IMG/VR virus record: IMGVR_UViG_3300009109_000001
Location: 94,043 to 158,042 of that record
Source of the DNA: a virus
Reading direction: 5' to 3' (one strand)
Length of the DNA stretch: 64,000 bases
Position numbers and translations under genes: made by a program. Positions 37,149 through 47,556 of this stretch are shown here, one piece after another (position 1 is the first letter of the stretch; the number at the start of each line of letters is the position of its first letter). The notes below the pieces were generated by a model, which worked only from the letters and a program-made list of their open reading frames with translations, had not been told where the DNA came from and ran no database searches.

Positions 37149-39089
37149 ATGGTAAGCAAATTACTTAAAGAGTATTCTTCCAACTACCAAAGTAAAAAAG
37201 AGGTAGAAATAACATTAGAAGCATACTTAACATTATGTAAGAAAGATCCATTGGCTTATGCTACATCTGCTGAACGCATGTTAGCAGCTATCGGAGACCC
37301 AGAACACGTCGATACATCAGAAGATTCAAGATTGTCTCGTATATTCTTGAATAGAACATTAAGAGTTTTCCCAGCATTTAAAGATTTTTATGGACTAGAA
37401 GATACAGTTGAACGAATTGTAGGCTTCTTTAAACATGCCGCACAAGGACTAGAAGAACGCAAGCAGGTATTATATTTGCTTGGTCCAGTTGGCGGTGGTA
37501 AGAGTTCTTTAGCAGAACGACTAAAAGAACTAATGGAAATACACCCAATATATGTTCTTAAAGCAGGCGATACAATTAGTCCTGTGTATGAAAGTCCGTT
37601 ATCATTATTTAACCCAGAAGTATATGGTGACCAACTTGAAAAAGAATATAAAGTTCCAAAACGTTATCTCACAGGCTTGTTAAGTCCGTGGGCAATTAAA
37701 CGTTTGGATGAGTTTGATGGCGATATTACTAAATTTACAGTAGTAAAACTACAGCCTAGCAAATTAAAGCAAATTGCTGTAGTAAAAACAGAACCAGGTG
37801 ATGAAAATAACCAAGATATAAGTGCCCTAGTAGGTAAAACAGACATACGCCAACTAGAATACTTTTCACAACATGACCCAGATTCATATGCATTTAGTGG
37901 TGCATTGTGTAAGGGCAACCAAGGTCTTATGGAGTTTGTGGAAATGTTTAAAGCACCAATTAAGGTATTACATCCACTACTAACTGCTACACAAGAAGGC
38001 AACTACATGGGCACAGAAGGTATTAGTGCTATCCCATTTAGTGGCACAATTTTAGCACATAGTAATGAATCAGAATGGACATCATTTAAAAACAACAAAA
38101 ACAACGAAGCGTTTTTAGATCGTGTATATGTTGTTAAAGTTCCTTATTGCTTGCGTATAGATGAGGAAATTAAGATTTATGATAAGATGTTAACATCTAG
38201 TGGATTAGCGGATCATCCATGTGCGCCGCAAACATTAGATATGCTAGGACAGTATTCAATCTTGAGCAGACTACAAGAGCATGAAAACAGCAACTTGTTT
38301 TCCAAAATGCAAGTGTATAATGGTAAGAATTTAAAGGATACGGATCCGCAAGCAAAAAGTCTACAGGAGTATAAAGATACTGCCGGAGTAGACGAAGGCA
38401 TGTCAGGTTCATCGACACGTTTTGCTTTTAAGATTTTATCTCAGACATTCAACTTTGACACAGCGGAGATAGCCGCTGACCCAGTACATCTAATGTTTGT
38501 ATTGGAACAAGCAATAAAACGCGAGCAGTTTGGTGAGGAAAAAGAAAAGGCACTCATTGCTTTTATTAAAGAGTGGCTTGCACCAAAGTATGCCGATTTT
38601 ATTGGCAATGAAATACAGAAAGCGTATTTAGAAAGTTATAGTGATTATGGACAAAACTTGTTTGATCGCTATATTCAATATGCTGACCATTGGATACAAG
38701 AGATAGATTTTAAGGATCCTGATACAGGCAACCTCTTTAGTCGCGATGTATTAAATGATGAACTAGAGAAAATAGAGAAGCCAGCAGGCATTGCTAATCC
38801 TAAAGACTTTCGTAGTGAAGTAGTTAATTTTGTTTTACGTGCTAAAGCAAAAAACAAAGGTAAAAATCCAAAATGGACAAGTTACGAGAAACTACGTGAG
38901 ATTATAGAGAAGAAAATGTTTGCGTCTACAGAGGAATTACTTCCAATTATTTCCTTTGGTAATAAGCAAAACAAAGATGATCAACAAAAGCATGACGATT
39001 TTGTAGAGCGTATGGAATCAAAAGGCTATACAGAACGTCAAGTGCGGAGACTTGTCGAATGGTATATGAGAACCCAGAAGAGCAGTTAA
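37149..39089 (+). CDS. yeaG: PrkA/YeaG-family AAA+ serine kinase
   Basis: Walker A GPVGGGKSS, TEPGDENNQDIS, EFVEMFKA, LLTATQEGNY, NNEAFLDR, RRLVEWY. Confidence 0.95.
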   Translation: MVSKLLKEYSSNYQSKKEVEITLEAYLTLCKKDPLAYATSAERMLAAIGDPEHVDTSEDSRLSRIFLNRTLRVFPAFKDFYGLEDTVERIVGFFKHAAQGLEERKQVLYLLGPVGGGKSSLAERLKELMEIHPIYVLKAGDTISPVYESPLSLFNPEVYGDQLEKEYKVPKRYLTGLLSPWAIKRLDEFDGDITKFTVVKLQPSKLKQIAVVKTEPGDENNQDISALVGKTDIRQLEYFSQHDPDSYAFSGALCKGNQGLMEFVEMFKAPIKVLHPLLTATQEGNYMGTEGISAIPFSGTILAHSNESEWTSFKNNKNNEAFLDRVYVVKVPYCLRIDEEIKIYDKMLTSSGLADHPCAPQTLDMLGQYSILSRLQEHENSNLFSKMQVYNGKNLKDTDPQAKSLQEYKDTAGVDEGMSGSSTRFAFKILSQTFNFDTAEIAADPVHLMFVLEQAIKREQFGEEKEKALIAFIKEWLAPKYADFIGNEIQKAYLESYSDYGQNLFDRYIQYADHWIQEIDFKDPDTGNLFSRDVLNDELEKIEKPAGIANPKDFRSEVVNFVLRAKAKNKGKNPKWTSYEKLREIIEKKMFASTEELLPIISFGNKQNKDDQQKHDDFVERMESKGYTERQVRRLVEWYMRTQKSS

Positions 39090-39098
39090 GGGTTCAAC

Positions 39099-40487
39099 AT
39101 GACCAAGCATATTATAGATAGGCGACAAAATCCTAAAGGTAAGAATTTATCTAACCGACAGAGATTTATAAAACGCTCTAAAAAGCATCTTAAAGATAGC
39201 ATGGACGAAGCCATGAAGACACGTTCCGTAAGGGACTTAAAGTCTGGTGGCCGTGTTCGTGTGCCTTCTAAAAGTATTAAAGAACCACAGTTTAATTATG
39301 ATCCTAAATCAGGACAGAAAGATTATATACTGCCAGGTAACCAAGAATACTTACAAGGTGATAAAATACGCAAACCATCTTCTGGACAAGGCGGTGGTGG
39401 CGGCCAGGAAGGATCCGATGATGCTTATGGAGAAGATGATTTTGTTTTTTCTATTAATAGAGATGAATTCCTAGATATATTATTTGAAGATTTGGAACTG
39501 CCAAATCTTAGAGAAAAGAAAAAGAAAAGTATAGAGGAATTTACAACTCGTCGTGCTGGATATGTTAATGAGGGCTCACCTAATAACTTAAACCTTGAGC
39601 AAAGTATGATACGCAGTATTGGTAGACGTATTGCTCTTAAAAAGCCAAAAGGGATCCGGCTTAAGGAACTAGAAGCACGATTAGAGGAACTTAAAGAGGA
39701 AAGAAAACCTCTTGTTGTTATTATTGAAAAGTATCCTTATAATAAACAGGGCAGATGTAAAGAAGCACCTTTATTAAAAGCAATTGATGATGAGATTGCA
39801 GAAGTAGAAGCAGAGATTAAAAAAATAAGAGCACGTTACAATGCTATCTCTTTTATTGATCCAATTGATTTAAAGTTTAATAATTTTACTAAAGTTCCAA
39901 ATCCTAAAAATGCCGCTGTAATGTTTTGTATATTGGATGTTTCAATATCAATGCAAGAACGTGAGAAAGATTTAGCAAAACGATTCTTTATTTTATTACA
40001 CTTGTTTCTCAGTATGAAATATGATAAAGTAGATGTAGTGTTTATACGACATCATACTACTGCTAAAGAATGTACTGAGGAAGAATTTTTTACTAGTAAA
40101 GAAAGTGGTGGTACTGTTGTATCAACTGCTTTAGAATTAGCATACGATATTGTTAGAAAAAGATATGATTTGGAATATTGGAATGTTTATGTAAGTCAAG
40201 CAAGTGATGGTGACAACTTTACTACAGATAACCAACAAGTACAAGATGTCATGCAAAATAAATTATTGCCATTAGTTCAGTTTTTTGCTTATGTAAGCAT
40301 TGTAGCACATTCACATCAAGTTAATAATGAAATAGGTACATCAGTAGGTAGTGGATTAGAAAAAATATATCAAGCATTAATGGATACTTTTGATTATGTA
40401 CAAATACGTAGGGTACATGAGCCTAAAGACATATATCCAGTATTTAGAAAGTTCTTTGCGCCAAAAGGAGGAAGTAAAGATGAGTAA
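39099..40487 (+). CDS. yeaH: YeaH/YhbH (DUF444) vWA-like protein
   Basis: IIDRRQN, NRQRF, LFEDLELPNL, MFCILDVSISM, FIRHHT, ESGGTVVS, QASDGDN. Confidence 0.93.
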   Translation: MTKHIIDRRQNPKGKNLSNRQRFIKRSKKHLKDSMDEAMKTRSVRDLKSGGRVRVPSKSIKEPQFNYDPKSGQKDYILPGNQEYLQGDKIRKPSSGQGGGGGQEGSDDAYGEDDFVFSINRDEFLDILFEDLELPNLREKKKKSIEEFTTRRAGYVNEGSPNNLNLEQSMIRSIGRRIALKKPKGIRLKELEARLEELKEERKPLVVIIEKYPYNKQGRCKEAPLLKAIDDEIAEVEAEIKKIRARYNAISFIDPIDLKFNNFTKVPNPKNAAVMFCILDVSISMQEREKDLAKRFFILLHLFLSMKYDKVDVVFIRHHTTAKECTEEEFFTSKESGGTVVSTALELAYDIVRKRYDLEYWNVYVSQASDGDNFTTDNQQVQDVMQNKLLPLVQFFAYVSIVAHSHQVNNEIGTSVGSGLEKIYQALMDTFDYVQIRRVHEPKDIYPVFRKFFAPKGGSKDE

Positions 40488-42114
40488 AACTTTATATGAG
40501 CCGCAAAGTGATTGGAGTTTTGATCTAATTTCTGAAATATATGACGCATGTGAAGATATAGCAGTTAATGAACTTGGATGTGACTGTTATGTTAATCAAC
40601 TTGAAGTAGTAACGTTTGAACAAATGCTAGATGCTTATGCTAGTATAGGTATGCCATTGTCTTACAATCATTGGAGTAATGGTAAAGCATGGGCACACTA
40701 TGAGAACCAATATAGAAAAGGCAGAACAAGTTTAGCATATGAGTTAGTCATTAATAGTAATCCTTGTATTAATTATTTAATGGAAGAGAATACAATGACT
40801 ACACAAACTCTAGTTATTGCTCACGCCGCATTTGGACATAATCATTTCTTTAAAAATAATTATTTGTTTAAAACATGGACAAGTGCTGACAGTATTATTG
40901 ACTATCTAGTATTTGCTAAAAATTATATACAAAAGTGTGAGGAAAAGTATGGACTTGATGAAGTAGAACTTTTCTTAGATTCCCTACACGCGATACGTAA
41001 TTATGGTATAAACAAGTATAAACGCCCTCATAAATTAAATGCAAAAGCAGAAGCAGATAAGGCACAAGAGCGAGCAACATATTTACGTAAACAAGTAAAT
41101 GAGTTGTGGGACACAACCATTGTTCCAAATAAGAAAGACCAAGAAGAAAAGGAAAAAAGAGTTAGTTTACAAAAGCCAGAAGAAAATTTAATTTACTTTT
41201 TAGAAAAAAATGCACCAAATTTAACTGACTGGCAACGTGAACTGTGTCGTATAGTGCGTAAAATTGCTCAGTATTTTTATCCACAAGGGCAAACAAAAGT
41301 AATGAATGAGGGATTTGCCTGTTTTGTGCATTATTATTCAATGCATAGATTACATGATAAAGGACTAATTACTGACGCCGCAATGTTTGAGTTTTTAAAG
41401 TTACATACTAATGTATTAAATCAACCCACATTTGACAAAAAATGGTATAATGGTATTAACCCTTATTCATTAGGTTTTGCTATGTTTATGGATATTAAAC
41501 GTATGTGTGAGCATCCTACTAAAGAAGATAAGGAATGGTTTCCTGATATTGCTGGTGGTAACTGGAAAGAAATTATTTTAGATGCTGTTGCTAATTACAG
41601 AGATGAAAGTTTTATATTACAATTTTTATCACCAAAAGTAATTAGAGATTTTAAATTATTTCAACTTGGTGATAATAAGTCAGATCCTCATTATGTAGTT
41701 AAAGCAATACATAACAGCTTAGGATATAAAAGCATACGTAAAGAGATGGCACGACAATATGATTATAATTACCGTATACCTGACATACAAGTAGTTGATT
41801 ATGATCATGATGACAAGCGTTCGCTATTATTGCATCATTATAAAGGACCAAGTGGTAGAGAATTGTCAAAGACAACAACTGTTGAAGTATTAAATTATAT
41901 TGCTTATATTTGGGGTTATGAAGTACAATTAGATGTGTATAGTAGGCAAGCAAAATTTGTTGATGGTCAACACGTAGGCGAACCATTTCAGAAAGTGAAT
42001 GGTTATAAATCCACTTCTACTGATGGGACACCACCGCCACCAGAAAAACCCCCAGCGAAGAATTTTGGTTATTGGGGAATGATGTTAACATCAGATGACT
42101 CTAGTACTATTTAA
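40480..42114 (+). CDS. ycgB: SpoVR/YcgB family protein
   Basis: GMP..YNHWS.GK, AYELVINSNP, HAAFGHNHFFKNN, YFYPQGQTKVMNEGFA; start trimmed to the SD-supported ATG. Confidence 0.93.
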   Translation: MSKTLYEPQSDWSFDLISEIYDACEDIAVNELGCDCYVNQLEVVTFEQMLDAYASIGMPLSYNHWSNGKAWAHYENQYRKGRTSLAYELVINSNPCINYLMEENTMTTQTLVIAHAAFGHNHFFKNNYLFKTWTSADSIIDYLVFAKNYIQKCEEKYGLDEVELFLDSLHAIRNYGINKYKRPHKLNAKAEADKAQERATYLRKQVNELWDTTIVPNKKDQEEKEKRVSLQKPEENLIYFLEKNAPNLTDWQRELCRIVRKIAQYFYPQGQTKVMNEGFACFVHYYSMHRLHDKGLITDAAMFEFLKLHTNVLNQPTFDKKWYNGINPYSLGFAMFMDIKRMCEHPTKEDKEWFPDIAGGNWKEIILDAVANYRDESFILQFLSPKVIRDFKLFQLGDNKSDPHYVVKAIHNSLGYKSIRKEMARQYDYNYRIPDIQVVDYDHDDKRSLLLHHYKGPSGRELSKTTTVEVLNYIAYIWGYEVQLDVYSRQAKFVDGQHVGEPFQKVNGYKSTSTDGTPPPPEKPPAKNFGYWGMMLTSDDSSTI

Positions 42115-43036
42115 CGTAGGTTGGCATTTAGAAATAACAAGACGCTGTCCTCTAGCATGTCCTGCTTGTGACAGAACAACAGATTTCGACACTATGGTAG
42201 TTGATTCTAAACGTGATATAGATGTCACCAATTTGAAAACCTTTTTTCCTAAGAACAAAGTTTCTAAAATAAAATATATTTTTATGCAAGGAAATCTTGG
42301 AGACCCTATATACCATCCTCAATTTCATGATATAAGTGAGCATTTTTTTGATACAGAAAATTTAAATGTCACTACCAATGGTATGCAAACCAAAAACTTT
42401 TGGCATAGAGTACTGGAAACTTGGCCTAAGGAATCTTCGATAACTTTAAGCATTGATGGATTACAAGACACAAATCATATGTATAGGGTTAATAGTAACT
42501 GGGGTAAAATACAAGGATTATTTGATCTAATTGCAAAAAAGAAACACAACTGTGAAATAGAATGGAAATATATTGTATTCGAACACAACCATCATCAAGT
42601 TGAAGAAGCAAAAAGTTTGGCTAAAAAAATTGGTATTGATAGATTTAGGATACAACGCACTAGAAGACTAGATCCGAAGTTGGATATAAAATCCTATGAT
42701 AATCCCGAATGGTTTAAAAAGATTAACGTAGAATATGAAAATGCTCTAAGTCCTTTTTGCTATACAGGAGATATGCACTATATAACAGCGTTTGGTGATT
42801 ATTATCCTTGCTGTTGGTTTGAAGGAAGATACAATGGTAGTAGATGGAAACCTTTGAATATAAAAAACAATACAGTACAGTCTTTTGAAAAACACTTTAA
42901 AAATTTTACACATGAACTAGAAGATTTCGAAACCTGTCCAGATGTATGTAAAAAATTTTGTAGAAAAATAAAAAATAATGGCAAGGACATGCAGGTACCT
43001 AATTCACAACTAAACAGAAGTATAATTGATCTATAA
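42095..43036 (+). CDS. radical SAM protein
   Basis: CPLACPAC (CxxxCxxC), GNLGDP, TTNG, SIDGL, YPCC. Confidence 0.9.
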   Translation: MTLVLFNVGWHLEITRRCPLACPACDRTTDFDTMVVDSKRDIDVTNLKTFFPKNKVSKIKYIFMQGNLGDPIYHPQFHDISEHFFDTENLNVTTNGMQTKNFWHRVLETWPKESSITLSIDGLQDTNHMYRVNSNWGKIQGLFDLIAKKKHNCEIEWKYIVFEHNHHQVEEAKSLAKKIGIDRFRIQRTRRLDPKLDIKSYDNPEWFKKINVEYENALSPFCYTGDMHYITAFGDYYPCCWFEGRYNGSRWKPLNIKNNTVQSFEKHFKNFTHELEDFETCPDVCKKFCRKIKNNGKDMQVPNSQLNRSIIDL

Positions 43037-43083
43037 TTGACAAATCATAAGTTATATAGTAGAATTAACATTAACTATAAATA
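43037..43083 (+). promoter_or_regulatory. tandem sigma70 and late promoters for fusA
   Basis: TTGACA-N17-TAGAAT (43037-43065) and TATAAATA (43076-43083). Confidence 0.7.
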
Positions 43084-43110
43084 GTAAAACCTTTCATGGA
43101 GCAATAAAAA

Positions 43111-45210
43111 TTGTCTTTGAGTAATTATAGAAATATTGGTATCTTCGCGCATGTAGACGCAGGTAAAACTACGACTACTGAGAGGATCCTTAAGCTCACA
43201 GGAAAGATACACAAAATTGGTGAGGTACATGATGGCGCCGCAACCACAGACTTTATGGAGCAAGAGCAAGAGCGAGGCATTACAATACAGAGTGCCGCGA
43301 CTACTTGCTACTGGAACGATCACCAATTAAACATCATCGACACCCCTGGGCACGTAGACTTCACTATTGAAGTCTATCGTTCCCTTAAGGTGTTAGATGG
43401 TGGTGTAGGTGTATTTTGTGCTAGTGGTGGTGTAGAGCCACAGTCAGAAACTAACTGGCGTTATGCTAACGATAGTGAAGTAGCACGTATTATATACATC
43501 AATAAAATGGATAGAGTTGGTGCTGATTTTAATCGTGTTGTAGCACAAATAAGAACGCGGCTTGGAGCAAAGCCGTTAGTTATGACATATCCAATTGGAA
43601 CGGAAGATAACTTTGTGGGTATAGTTGATATACTTACACAAAAGGCTTGGATATGGTCAGATCCTACTGACCCAACTTCTTACACTATAACTGATATCCC
43701 AGAAGATAAAGTGCCTAGTGTGCAACTTGGTGACAAATACACATATAAAGAATTAGCAAAACAATATTATGATAATTTAGTCGAAACAGTTGTTGAGCAA
43801 GATGATGAAGTTATGATGCAATGGATGGATGATCCAGAAGGCATTAGCGAAGAAGATCTTAAAATGTGCATACGCAAAGGCACAATTAATAACGATTTCT
43901 TTCCAACATACTGCGGCAGTTCATTTAAGAACAAAGGCGTGCAAAACGTCTTAAATGCAGTAGTAGATTACTTGCCAGATCCAACTGAGGTTGATCCACA
44001 ACCGGAAGTTGATGAGAAAGGCGTAGAGACAGGTGAAGTTGCTACAGTAGATTCTAATAAGTCATTGCGAGCACTTGCATTTAAAATAATGGAAGACAAA
44101 TATGGCGCACTAACATTTACACGCATTTACTCAGGCAAGTTAAAGAAAGGCGACTCAATATACAATAGCACAAATGGTAAAACAGAACGTGTTGGGCGTA
44201 TATTGGAAATGCATGCCGACTCGCGTGAGGAATTGGATAGTGCTGAAGCAGGTGACATTGTTGCATTGCTTGGTATGAAACAAGTGCAAACAGGTCATAC
44301 ATTGTGTGATAAAAAGAATATAGCAATACTTGAGCCAATGGTATTTCCAGATCCAGTTATTAGTATTGCAGTTGAACCAAAGACACAGGGTGACATGGAT
44401 AAGTTAGGAACTGCTATTGGGAAAATGATAGCAGAGGATCCTTCCTTCCACGTAGAGACAGATCAAGAGAGCGGGCAAACAATACTTAAAGGTATGGGCG
44501 AGTTGCATTTAGATGTTAAGTGTGATATACTAAAACGCACATATGGCGTAGAAGTAAGCATAGGTAAACCACAAGTAGCATATAGGGAAACTATTACTAA
44601 AACAGTTAGTGATAAGTTTGTTCATAAAAAGCAATCAGGTGGTGCTGGACAGTTTGCTGACATTGAATATACTGTTGAGCCTCTTGAAGCAGGAGAGGGA
44701 TTCCAATTTGAAAGTAAAGTAGTTGGAGGCAATGTCCCACGAGAGTTTTGGCCCGCAGTAGAAAAGGGATTTGAACAATCTAGTGAATCTGGTATACTTG
44801 CTAATTATCCAATGTTAGATTATAAAGTGACATTAACAGATGGTTCTAGTCATGCAGTAGATAGTAGTGCGGTGGCATTTGAGTTAGCGGCACGTGGTGC
44901 GTTTAGACAAACAATGGCTAAAGCCGGCCCACAATTATTAGAACCAATTATGAAACTTGACGTAATTTCCCCAGCGGATAAAGTAGGTGATGTTATAGGT
45001 GATATAAATAGGCGTAGAGGCATGATACACAATCAAGAAATGACTGGTGTAACAGTTCGTATATTCGCAGAAGCACCAATTGGTGAAATGTTTGGATATA
45101 TAGGAGACTTACGTAGTCAAACAAGTGGTCGTGGTCAATTTAGTATGGAATTTAGTCATTATGCGCCATGTCCTAGCAATATTACTGAGGTTATCGTAAA
45201 GAAAACTTAA
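43111..45210 (+). CDS. fusA: translation elongation factor G
   Basis: [65 protein letters not shown]; TTG start with SD GGAG. Confidence 0.97.
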   Translation: MSLSNYRNIGIFAHVDAGKTTTTERILKLTGKIHKIGEVHDGAATTDFMEQEQERGITIQSAATTCYWNDHQLNIIDTPGHVDFTIEVYRSLKVLDGGVGVFCASGGVEPQSETNWRYANDSEVARIIYINKMDRVGADFNRVVAQIRTRLGAKPLVMTYPIGTEDNFVGIVDILTQKAWIWSDPTDPTSYTITDIPEDKVPSVQLGDKYTYKELAKQYYDNLVETVVEQDDEVMMQWMDDPEGISEEDLKMCIRKGTINNDFFPTYCGSSFKNKGVQNVLNAVVDYLPDPTEVDPQPEVDEKGVETGEVATVDSNKSLRALAFKIMEDKYGALTFTRIYSGKLKKGDSIYNSTNGKTERVGRILEMHADSREELDSAEAGDIVALLGMKQVQTGHTLCDKKNIAILEPMVFPDPVISIAVEPKTQGDMDKLGTAIGKMIAEDPSFHVETDQESGQTILKGMGELHLDVKCDILKRTYGVEVSIGKPQVAYRETITKTVSDKFVHKKQSGGAGQFADIEYTVEPLEAGEGFQFESKVVGGNVPREFWPAVEKGFEQSSESGILANYPMLDYKVTLTDGSSHAVDSSAVAFELAARGAFRQTMAKAGPQLLEPIMKLDVISPADKVGDVIGDINRRRGMIHNQEMTGVTVRIFAEAPIGEMFGYIGDLRSQTSGRGQFSMEFSHYAPCPSNITEVIVKKT

Positions 45211-45269
45211 AACACCATATATTTCCCTTCAAAACCACTCTAAATATAATGATGGAATGGAGGATTTAT

Positions 45270-45473
45270 ATGATTCATTGTAAATCGTTGCTTAAGACTA
45301 TAAGTTGGAGATGTGTTGCTACTATGGACACGTTTCTGATCGCCTGGTTAATTACTGGACAGTATACCTATGCAGGCGCAATAGCAGGACTAGAGATATG
45401 TACCAAAATGGTACTCTATTACCTCCACGAGAGAGGATGGGCTAGAATCAAGTTAGCGAAAAATGGAACATAG
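45270..45473 (+). CDS. DUF2061-like small membrane protein
   Basis: KSLLKTISWR...DTF..W.ITG...LYYLHERGW. Confidence 0.8.
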   Translation: MIHCKSLLKTISWRCVATMDTFLIAWLITGQYTYAGAIAGLEICTKMVLYYLHERGWARIKLAKNGT

Positions 45474-46053
45474 AACCTGTCACAGACGAGGATACGAACT
45501 TTTGACTCCCAACGTCTGGGAGTTATATGATGGAATGGAGTCAAAAGGCTTCGTAAAAAATTTTAAAAACGAAAAATCGGATCCGCCAGTATATAGAGCA
45601 ATTGCTGATTCTGATTTAGGAGAACTACCTAAAGGTGGCATTCTACAAACACGTAAATGGGAAGATGAATATCCACCACATCTACAAGGCCCAGAAGTAA
45701 ATGAGATACTTGATACTCGTGAGCAAACAATTCGCGATTTAAAAGGAGCAATACAACAATTACGAGATGAGTGTGGAGAGTTATTTACAGAGAATAAACA
45801 ATTAGAACACAAATTAAAATATCAAAAACCAAGCGGCTCTACTAGATGGAAATTAGAGTATACTTGGATTTATGGTAAAGAAGTATATTGGGATTTTAAA
45901 ACTAAGAAACAAGCAGTAGCACAAATGGAACAAATCCAAAACTTTTTTGGTAGTCGACTAGTAGAATCTATTAAAGACATAAAATATACAAAATACATAT
46001 ACGGAACACGCGGAGTAAAACAAGATGAAACTAGCGATACACAAAAGAAGTAA
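45463..46053 (+). CDS. hypothetical protein
   Basis: ORF track. Confidence 0.65.
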   Translation: MEHRTCHRRGYELLTPNVWELYDGMESKGFVKNFKNEKSDPPVYRAIADSDLGELPKGGILQTRKWEDEYPPHLQGPEVNEILDTREQTIRDLKGAIQQLRDECGELFTENKQLEHKLKYQKPSGSTRWKLEYTWIYGKEVYWDFKTKKQAVAQMEQIQNFFGSRLVESIKDIKYTKYIYGTRGVKQDETSDTQKK

Positions 46054-46138
46054 GTATTTTGCTGTTGGTAAGCGAAATAAACGTCGTGGTAAGAATAGAC
46101 TTAAGACGAAAAGTCGCAATAGTCGTTCGACCACATAA
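46025..46138 (+). CDS. possible very basic 37-aa peptide (MKLAIHKRSKYFAVGKRNKRRGKNRLK...)
   Basis: Hand translation; GGAG upstream; overlaps the previous ORF by 29 nt. Confidence 0.4.
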   Translation: MKLAIHKRSKYFAVGKRNKRRGKNRLKTKSRNSRSTT

Positions 46139-46144
46139 ATATCC

Positions 46145-46173
46145 TTGACTTTACTTTAAGTTTAGTCTATAAT
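46145..46173 (+). promoter_or_regulatory. sigma70 promoter
   Basis: TTGACT-N17-TATAAT. Confidence 0.75.
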
Positions 46174-46206
46174 ATATTATAGTATATCAATCAAAGGAGA
46201 TATAAC

Positions 46207-46806
46207 ATGAAGAAGTTATTAATTGCCTTGGCATTTGGCGGACTCTTAATCGGGTGTGTCCAGGAAGAGGCAGAAGCCGTTGAGTTTGAAAATGCCATTA
46301 GTGTTTCTGCAGGAGATACTACACTTTCATTTGATCAAGACGGTGATGAGTTTTCTGTAGGCTGGTCTGGCGCATCTGTCTATCATAATGATAATGTTGA
46401 AGCTGGCATATCATTTGAAATGAATGTAGTAGGATCACTTTCTACAAAACTCTCATATGAATACACTAATGATGATGACAGCATCATAGGTGTTAAAACT
46501 CCAATTACGCTAATGGGTTTAACAACAACCCCGTCAGTAGACTGGAATATCAATGATTCAGATATTGATGGCGCATTAGAAAATTCATTTAGTTTAATGG
46601 GTGGTGGTCTTCGTACAAAATTTATGTTTGACTTAGATGACACTGATTTTACAGGATCAGAGTTTGAGGTTAATTACACACTATCATTGTCCGATAACCT
46701 TTCAGCACAACCATATGTTGAAGTACCCATGGATGACGACTGGGAACGTGGTGAAACAGTTGCTGGTCTAAGAATTTCATTAAATTGGGGCGGCAGTTCA
46801 AATTAG
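46207..46806 (+). CDS. putative outer-membrane beta-barrel (porin-like) protein
   Basis: Signal peptide with LIGC; alternating hydrophobic beta strands; near-terminal AGLRISLNW. Confidence 0.6.
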   Translation: MKKLLIALAFGGLLIGCVQEEAEAVEFENAISVSAGDTTLSFDQDGDEFSVGWSGASVYHNDNVEAGISFEMNVVGSLSTKLSYEYTNDDDSIIGVKTPITLMGLTTTPSVDWNINDSDIDGALENSFSLMGGGLRTKFMFDLDDTDFTGSEFEVNYTLSLSDNLSAQPYVEVPMDDDWERGETVAGLRISLNWGGSSN

Positions 46807-46821
46807 TAAATAAATACCTAT

Positions 46822-47121
46822 GTGGCAGTCACTCGTAAAGTTAGAACTAAAGAAGAATATATTTACGAATCGCGAGATAACGGGGTTACCGTATCTCGGC
46901 GACTGCCTTTAGGTGAACAAAAAGAATATCTTATCACAGAAGAAAACGATAGAGAAACTGCGTTTAAGAAGAAAAAATTTGATTGGCTATCTCATGATGA
47001 ATTAATGGATTTGGGCCGAGAAAAATTTGAACAAAAAGAATTGCGTGAAAAACATCCTGCGTTGAAAGAGGCATGGGAAAAATATCTTGTGTTGTTAAAT
47101 TTAGTTAAATCGGGTAAATAG
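46822..47121 (+). CDS. hypothetical protein
   Basis: YIYESRDNGVTV...HPALKEAWEKY; GTG start after TAAATA. Confidence 0.7.
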   Translation: MAVTRKVRTKEEYIYESRDNGVTVSRRLPLGEQKEYLITEENDRETAFKKKKFDWLSHDELMDLGREKFEQKELREKHPALKEAWEKYLVLLNLVKSGK

Positions 47122-47125
47122 TATT

Positions 47126-47491
47126 ATGCGTTACACTGAACTAAATGAAAGTGGTTCCATATACTGGGAAGATGAAGACTTTGATGCAGAAAACCCAACT
47201 GTATTAATACGTGGTTATGGCACACTAAAATATGAATCCCTCCAAAAAGCAATCGCAAGAGATTTGGCAGATATGTCTAATCGTGTACTAGAAGGTGGTT
47301 TAGAAGTTGTAGCAAATCATCAATTACTTGATAGTAAAAGCGCATTTAATGGCAAGGTTCAAGCATATTTAGATGTTACGAAAGAACTCGCAAAGCCAAC
47401 AATCAAGCGAAAACTCACAATTCACAAGAAAAATAGTCTGTTTAACACTATAAAAAACAGCGAAAAGCCGCGTCGCGGCGAGCCATTTTGA
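47126..47491 (+). CDS. hypothetical protein with capsid-targeting-like N-terminus (MRYTELNE)
   Basis: ORF track; TAAATA upstream. Confidence 0.65.
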   Translation: MRYTELNESGSIYWEDEDFDAENPTVLIRGYGTLKYESLQKAIARDLADMSNRVLEGGLEVVANHQLLDSKSAFNGKVQAYLDVTKELAKPTIKRKLTIHKKNSLFNTIKNSEKPRRGEPF

Positions 47492-47496
47492 TCAAC

Positions 47497-47525
47497 TTGA
47501 CAAATCCCTCAAATTTTAGTATAAT
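47497..47525 (+). promoter_or_regulatory. sigma70 promoter
   Basis: TTGACA-N17-TATAAT, perfect consensus. Confidence 0.8.
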
Positions 47526-47556
47526 TTAGTATTACTCTTTTAATAGGAATAGTATT

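Noticed and set aside
37149-45210. Bacterial chromosomal contamination (yeaG-yeaH-ycgB, fusA)
   Set aside because: fusA lacks its rpsL/rpsG/tuf context, the genes sit behind the same TAAATA boxes as the phage genes, and the flanks are phage-type ORFs. Read-coverage checks would still be needed to exclude a chimera.
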